A DNA stretch of 64,000 nt, from positions 21,020,001 through 21,084,000 of the forward strand of contig NC_087437.1 in the NCBI RefSeq assembly GCF_036321535.1, written 5' to 3'. Every line of letters starts with the position of its first letter. Position 1 is the stretch's first letter. Below the pieces are notes generated by a model. It was not told where the DNA came from and searched no databases. It was given only the letters and a program-made list of their open reading frames with translations. Origin of the DNA: Camelus dromedarius (lineage: Eukaryota). Of this stretch, positions 58,537 to 64,000 are shown piece by piece. The position numbers and the translations under genes were made by a program.

Positions 58537-58924
58537 TATCCAAAACTGAAATTCAGCTGAGTGAATTTTGAAGACCTTTCTGGCTTTATTCACCAACTCA
58601 CAAGTGAGACAGCACCCCATCAGGGAGATGGAAAGGAGCTGTGAGGAGCTGGGCAAAGTGAAAGACTTCTACAGGCAGAATGGGGCAGGGACAAGGGAGG
58701 CACACTGGGCCAAAAAGCAGGGTGAGTACTGCAGGGTTACTTTCCTCTAGGAGATGGCAGGGGTCTCTCAGGCAGGTGACCTCACTAGTGCTGATCAGGC
58801 AATTCCTGACTGATTCAGTTTAAGATTCCATTACTGGGAGAGCCAGAAACTGTAAGTCTCAATTTGGTGATGTGGGGCTTAGCATGACTGACTGCGTTTG
58901 GGGCCTGGTGTCTTCTTTTTAACA
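58537..58924 (-). mobile_element. Solo LTR, ERV1-class (388 bp)
   Basis: 4-bp TSD TTAG (58533-58536, 58925-58928); minus strand starts TGTTAAAAAG; minus-strand AATAAA at 58585-58590. Confidence 0.75.
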
Positions 58925-59122
58925 TTAGAAAATCTATTAATGTAACCGACCACATGAACAGATTGAAGAAGTAATACGATCATCTAAATAGAGACAGAAA
59001 AGATTGAATAATGATTAAACAAAACTATAAAAAACGAGAAACCAGATAAAGGACATCCCTAAAATACTACGGCAGATACCATTCTTAACAGTGAAGCACT
59101 GTAAGCTTAAAACAATGGAACA

Positions 59123-60216
59123 AAAATATACAAAGAGCCCATACAACTCAATATTCAAAAAAAAAAAACAAAAAAACAGAACCCAATCAAAAAATGGGCA
59201 GAAGACCTAAATAGACATCTCTCCAAAGAAAACATACAGATGGCCAACAGGCACATGAAAGGATGCTCAACATCACTAATTTTTAGAGAAATGCAAATCA
59301 AAATCAAAACTACAATGAGAAATATGTGTAGTTTAATGGAGGAACCATACCACAATAAAAAAAAAAAAAAAGAAACTACAGTGAGGTATCATCTCACACC
59401 AGTCAGAACGGTCATCATCAGAAAGTCTACCAATAATAAATGCTGGAGAGGGTTTGGAGAAAAGGGATCCCTCATGCACTGTTGGTGGGACTGTACATTG
59501 GTGTAGCCACTATGGAAAACTGTATGGAGGTTCCTTAAAACACTAAAAACAGAGTTACAATATGATCTAGCAATCCCACTCCTGGGCATATATTCAGAAA
59601 AGACAAAAATTCTAATCCAAAAAGATACATGCACCCCAATGTTCTAGCTACACTATTTACAGTAGCCAAGATATGGAATCAACCAAGTGTCCATCAACAG
59701 ATGAATGCATAAAGAAGATGTGAGATAAGATAGATAGACATATATATACAATGGAATACCACTCAGCCATAAAAAAAGAATGAAATATTACCATCTGCAG
59801 CAACATGGACGGACCTAGAGGTTATCATACTAACTGAAGTAAGACAGAGAAAGACAAACAGCATATGATATCTCTTATATGTGGAATCTAAAAAAAAAAT
59901 GCAAATGAACTTATTTACAAGACAGAAACAGACTCACAGACATAGAAAACAAACTTATAGTTACCAAAGGAGAAAGGCAGGGGTGGATAAATTAGAAGTA
60001 TGGGATTAAAAGATACACACTACTTTATATAAAACAGATAAACAACAAAGACTTACTGTATAGCACAGGGAACTATATTCAATTTCTTAAAACAACCTAT
60101 AATGGAAAAGAATCCAGAAAAGAATATGTATGTGTAATATGTATATGTATACCTGAATCATTTTGCTGTATACCTAAAGCACAATATTATAAATCAACTA
60201 TACTTCAATTTAAAAA
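59123..60216 (+). mobile_element. 5'-truncated younger L1 (ORF2 C-terminus + 3'UTR + A tail)
   Basis: [21 protein letters not shown]...RYHLTPVR...NNKCWRG; ends aaatcaactatacttcaat; TSD aatggaaca (59114-59122, 60217-60225). Confidence 0.9.
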
Positions 60217-60669
60217 AATGGAACATGAAAATGCCTGTTCTTATAACTAATCATTGCATATATAGGTCCCAGCTAGTACAAATAAGGAAAGAATAAGAAA
60301 TAAAAGATGAAATGATTGGAAAAAATATTAAATCAGGTGATAGTCTTCATAGAAAAACCACTAAGACACTACAACCAAACTAATAGAATAAGAGATGTGA
60401 TCAAGACCGTTGGACATGGGTCCCATACTAATTGTGTTTTTACATATCAGCAACAGGTTAAAAAAAAAAACTTTTTTTAAATAAAATGCCATATATAACA
60501 ACAATAAAACAGATAATATACTTAAGAGAAAATCTAACAAGATAGACATCTATGGGGAAAAATTATAAAATGTAATTCTAAGATTCATTAGAATAAACTA
60601 TTTGAACAAACTCCAAACTCTCCACAGTACAACATAATAGAAGTTTTATACTTTTTTTCTTGCTCTCCT

Positions 60670-61008
60670 AGCAGTTCAGTGTCGGTCTTCAGTGAGAAGA
60701 CTTCCATACAGGAATTGGGGGACCCAGTTTCTTTCATTCTGTGGCCTCATCACTTCTTGGGGGTCTCAGAACCCTCTTCATGATCCCCTGCATGTCTACA
60801 GCTAGGGGAAGAGCTGGAGCAGGCAAAATTCCAGAGGAGAGCCAGGCCTGGGAGTGCTGAACAAGGCTCTCTCTGCTCTCATTCCACAGTTCGGAAGCCA
60901 CCCGCAGGGGCCACACCATGCTTCTAGGGAAGCTGGGAGATGCAGTCCTGCTGTGAGCTAAAGAAAAGGGAGTGAGCTCAGTGAACCACTAGACAGTTCT
61001 CGGCCACA
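60670..61008. mobile_element. MaLR (MLT1-type) LTR remnant
   Basis: ggacccagtttctttcattctgtggc...gggaagctgggagatgcagtcc...ctcggccaca. Confidence 0.55.
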
Positions 61009-61200
61009 GACATGAGAGAAGATCAAAATAAATATTTATTGATAGGAAGACTCAATATCACAAAAGCATTAATTATCCCCAACTTGACTTTTAGATTCAG
61101 TGCGATGCCAGTCAAAATTCCAACAGAGCTTCCCATGGAACTTGAAAACAGCTGATTTTAAAACATACATTAAAGAGGAAATGACCAAAAATAGCCAAAA

Positions 61201-64000
61201 TTTCAGCCAAGATGGTGAAGTAGAAGGAGCTGGAGCTCACCTCTCACAGACACACCAGGATCACAACTAACTGCAGAACAGCTATCAGTACAGAAGACTG
61301 GGAACTACCAGAAAAGATCTTCTGTAGATAAAAACTTGAAGAAACCACGATGAGACCAGTAGGCGGGGCAGACTCACCACATAATCAGGTCCCAAACCCC
61401 CAGGATGAGTGACCCACAAACTGGAGAATAATTATATTGCAGAAGTTCTCCCAAGGAAGTGAGGATTCTGAGTCCCATGTCTCCCCAGACTGGGGGTCTG
61501 GCACTGGGACGGGGAGCCCCAGAGCGTTGGGCTTTGAAGCCCAGTGGGGCTTGATTACAGGAGCTCCACGGGACTCGGGGAAGCAGAGACTTTATGCTTA
61601 AGGGTCACACAGAAAATCTCACGCTCACTAGGACCAAGGGCAAAAGCAGGAATTTCATACAAGCCGGGCCAGACCTGCCCACTAGTCTTGGGGATCTCCT
61701 GGGGCGGCTGTAGCTCACTCTGAGGACATAGACATGGTAGCAGACATTTGAGGGTGTTCTTCTGAACGAACTCTCCTTCCTGGAGGCTGACATCTTGCTT
61801 GGACATTAGCACTGAGACTTGGTCCCACCCAACAGCCTTTAGGCGCCAGCACTGGGACACCTCAGGCCAAACAACTAGCCAGACACACCCCCCAACTCAT
61901 CAGCACACAGACTGCCTGAAGAATTCCTGACCCCACAGTTGCCCTTAGATATGGCCTTGTCCACCAGAGGGCCAACCTAGCTCCACCCAGTAGTGGGTAG
62001 GCACCAGCCTCTCCTGCCAGAAACTGGCACAAGCCTCTAGACCAGCCTCACCCACTAGGTGGCAGACATCAAAAGCTGGAAAAGTTTGATCTTGCAACCT
62101 GTGGAACAAGTCCGCAAACAAGGCCAGAATCTAACCTGAGGCCAGTTGGCCACAGGCCCCTGGGTGATGAGAGGGGAATGCACAGGTGGGACACATAGGA
62201 TGTCTTCCTACAAGACATTCTCCAAGGTCGAGAAACGTTACTAACCTGCCACATGTATAATAATACAAATAGAAATTTTAACAAAATGAGGCAACAGAGA
62301 AATACCTTCCAGACAAAGATAAAAGCCCAGAAGAACTAAGTGATGTGGAGATAGGCAATCTACCTGAGAAAGAGTTTAGAATTAAGATTGTAAGAATGAT
62401 CAAAGATCTCGGGAGAAGAATGGATGAACAGAGCGAGAAGATAGAAGTTGTTAGCAAAGAGATAGGAAAAAAAAAAAAAAAAGAACCACCAAACAGAGAT
62501 GAAGAATACAAAAACTGAAATAAAAAATACACTAGAAAGAATCAACAGTATACTAAACAAGGCAGAAGAGCAAATCAGTAAGCTGAAAGACAGAGTGGTG
62601 GGACTCACTGCCACAGAACAGAAAAAAAGAAAAAAGAATAAAAAGAAATGAAGACAGTTTAAGAGACCTCTGGGACAATATAAAGCACATTAATATTCAC
62701 ATTATAGGGGTCCCAGAGGAGAAGACGGAAAGAAAGGGCCCGAGAAAATATCTGAAGAGATAATAGCTGATAAATTCCCTAACCTGGGGAAGGAAACAGT
62801 CCCCCAAGCCCAGGAAGTGCAGAGTCCCATACAGGACTAGCCCAAAAAGGGACACACCAAGACATATTATAATTAAAATGTCAAAAATTATAAGATAAAA
62901 AGAGAATATTAAAAGCATCAAGGGAAAAGCAACAAATAACATACAAGGGAACTCCCATAAGACCATCAGCTAATTTTTCAGCAGAAACTTTGCAGGCCAT
63001 AAAGGAGTGGCATAATATATTTCAAATGATGAAAGGGAAAAATCTACAACCAAGAATATTCTATCCACCAAGGCTCTCATTCATATTTGATGGAGAAATC
63101 AAAAGCTTTACAGACAAGCAAAAGCGAAAAGAATTCAGACTACCAAACCAGCTTTACAACAAATGCTAAAGGAACTTCTCTAGGTGGGAAAGACAAGACC
63201 ACAACTAGAGATAAGAAAATTACAAAATGGAAAAGCTCAGAGGTAAAGGCAAACACACAGTAAAGGGAGGAAATCATTCTCACAAAAACTAGGAGGAAGG
63301 GGAAAAGACAATAGTAGTAAAGTCATCTGTATTCACAATAAGCGGTTAAGAGATACACCAAACAAATGTAAAATATGATATCAAAACCAGCAAGCGTGAG
63401 GGGAGGAGAGTACAAACACAGGGTACTTAAAATGCATTTGAAAATAAGACATCAGCAACTTACAGCAATCACATTTATATACAGAATGTTATACCAAAAC
63501 CTTATGGTAACCACAAACCAAAAATCTATAATAGATATACACACAAAAACGAAAAAGGAATCCAAACATAACACTAAAGAGAGTCACCAAATCACAAGAG
63601 AAGGGAACAAAAGAAGAAAAGGAAGAAAAAGACCTACTAAAACAAATCCCAAACAATCAACAAAATGGCAATAAGAACATATATATAGATGATTATCTTA
63701 AATGTAAACGGACTAAATGCTACAACTAAAAGACACACACTGGCTGAATGGTTACAAAAACAAAACTCATATATTTCCAGCCTATAGGAGACTCACTTCA
63801 GATCTAGAGACACATGCAGACTGAAAGTCAGAGGATGAAAGAAGATATTCCACACAAATGGAAATCAAAAGAGGGCCAGAGTAACAATGCTTATATCAGA
63901 CGAGATAGACTTTACAATAAAGACTGTTACCAGAGACAAAGAAGGACACTACATAATTATCCAGGGATCAATCCAAGAAGAATATATAGCAATTGTAAAT
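61201..64000 (+). mobile_element. 5' part of a near full-length, inactivated L1: 5'UTR, ORF1 (62286-63183, frameshifted), ORF2 endonuclease start (63665-, with stops); continues beyond window
   Basis: Start caagatggtg (degenerate YY1 motif); ORF1 ends QMLKELL*; ORF2 MAIRTYI*MIILNVNGLNATTKRHTLAEWLQKQ. Confidence 0.9.

Larger units (their letters stand above)
58375..61200 (+). mobile_element. Old L1 ORF2 (RT region) host element split by later insertions
   Basis: Rejoined pieces read HDQVGFIS..QGWFNIRKSINV.., then resume at 60226 and 61010 with further ORF2-like sequence. Confidence 0.75.

Noticed and set aside
69..63674. Most short ORFs in the six-frame track
   Set aside because: Low-complexity or repeat-derived, with no splice or domain support. 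Only those overlapping RASA2 exons or L1/MULE relics are meaningful.
62286..64000. Active L1 or host protein-coding gene
   Set aside because: ORF1 is frameshifted and ORF2 has early stops; an inactive retrotransposon copy.

Overview
Mammalian genomic DNA, AT-rich and repeat-dense. It is most likely from a camelid, because four copies of a Vic-1-like tRNA-derived SINE with target-site duplications (TSDs) are present. The window holds the 3' part of RASA2 (GAP1m, Ras p21 GTPase-activating protein 2) on the + strand: 19 coding exons from 4349 to the stop at 50541, matching human exons 6-24 from recall. All introns are GT-AG with consistent phases, and the spliced frame is open. It encodes the C2B, RasGAP (FRGNS arginine finger, FLR motif), PH and Btk-zinc domains, followed by a ~3 kb 3'UTR. 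The rest is introns and downstream DNA filled with L1, L2, MIR, DNA-transposon and LTR relics. These include a MULE/Ricksha-like transposon remnant with TIRs and TSD, and a nested insertion stack at 58.4-64 kb. I found no evidence of a genuinely new biological system. The best leads are small-scale: a regenerated (recursive) 5' splice site at exon 8, a dual splice site inside exon 9, a tandem donor in the PH domain, candidate intronic enhancer, CTCF and G4 elements, and a 30-bp micro-inversion inside a MIR. Repeat family names are from recall of consensus sequences, and repeat boundaries are approximate unless a TSD is given.
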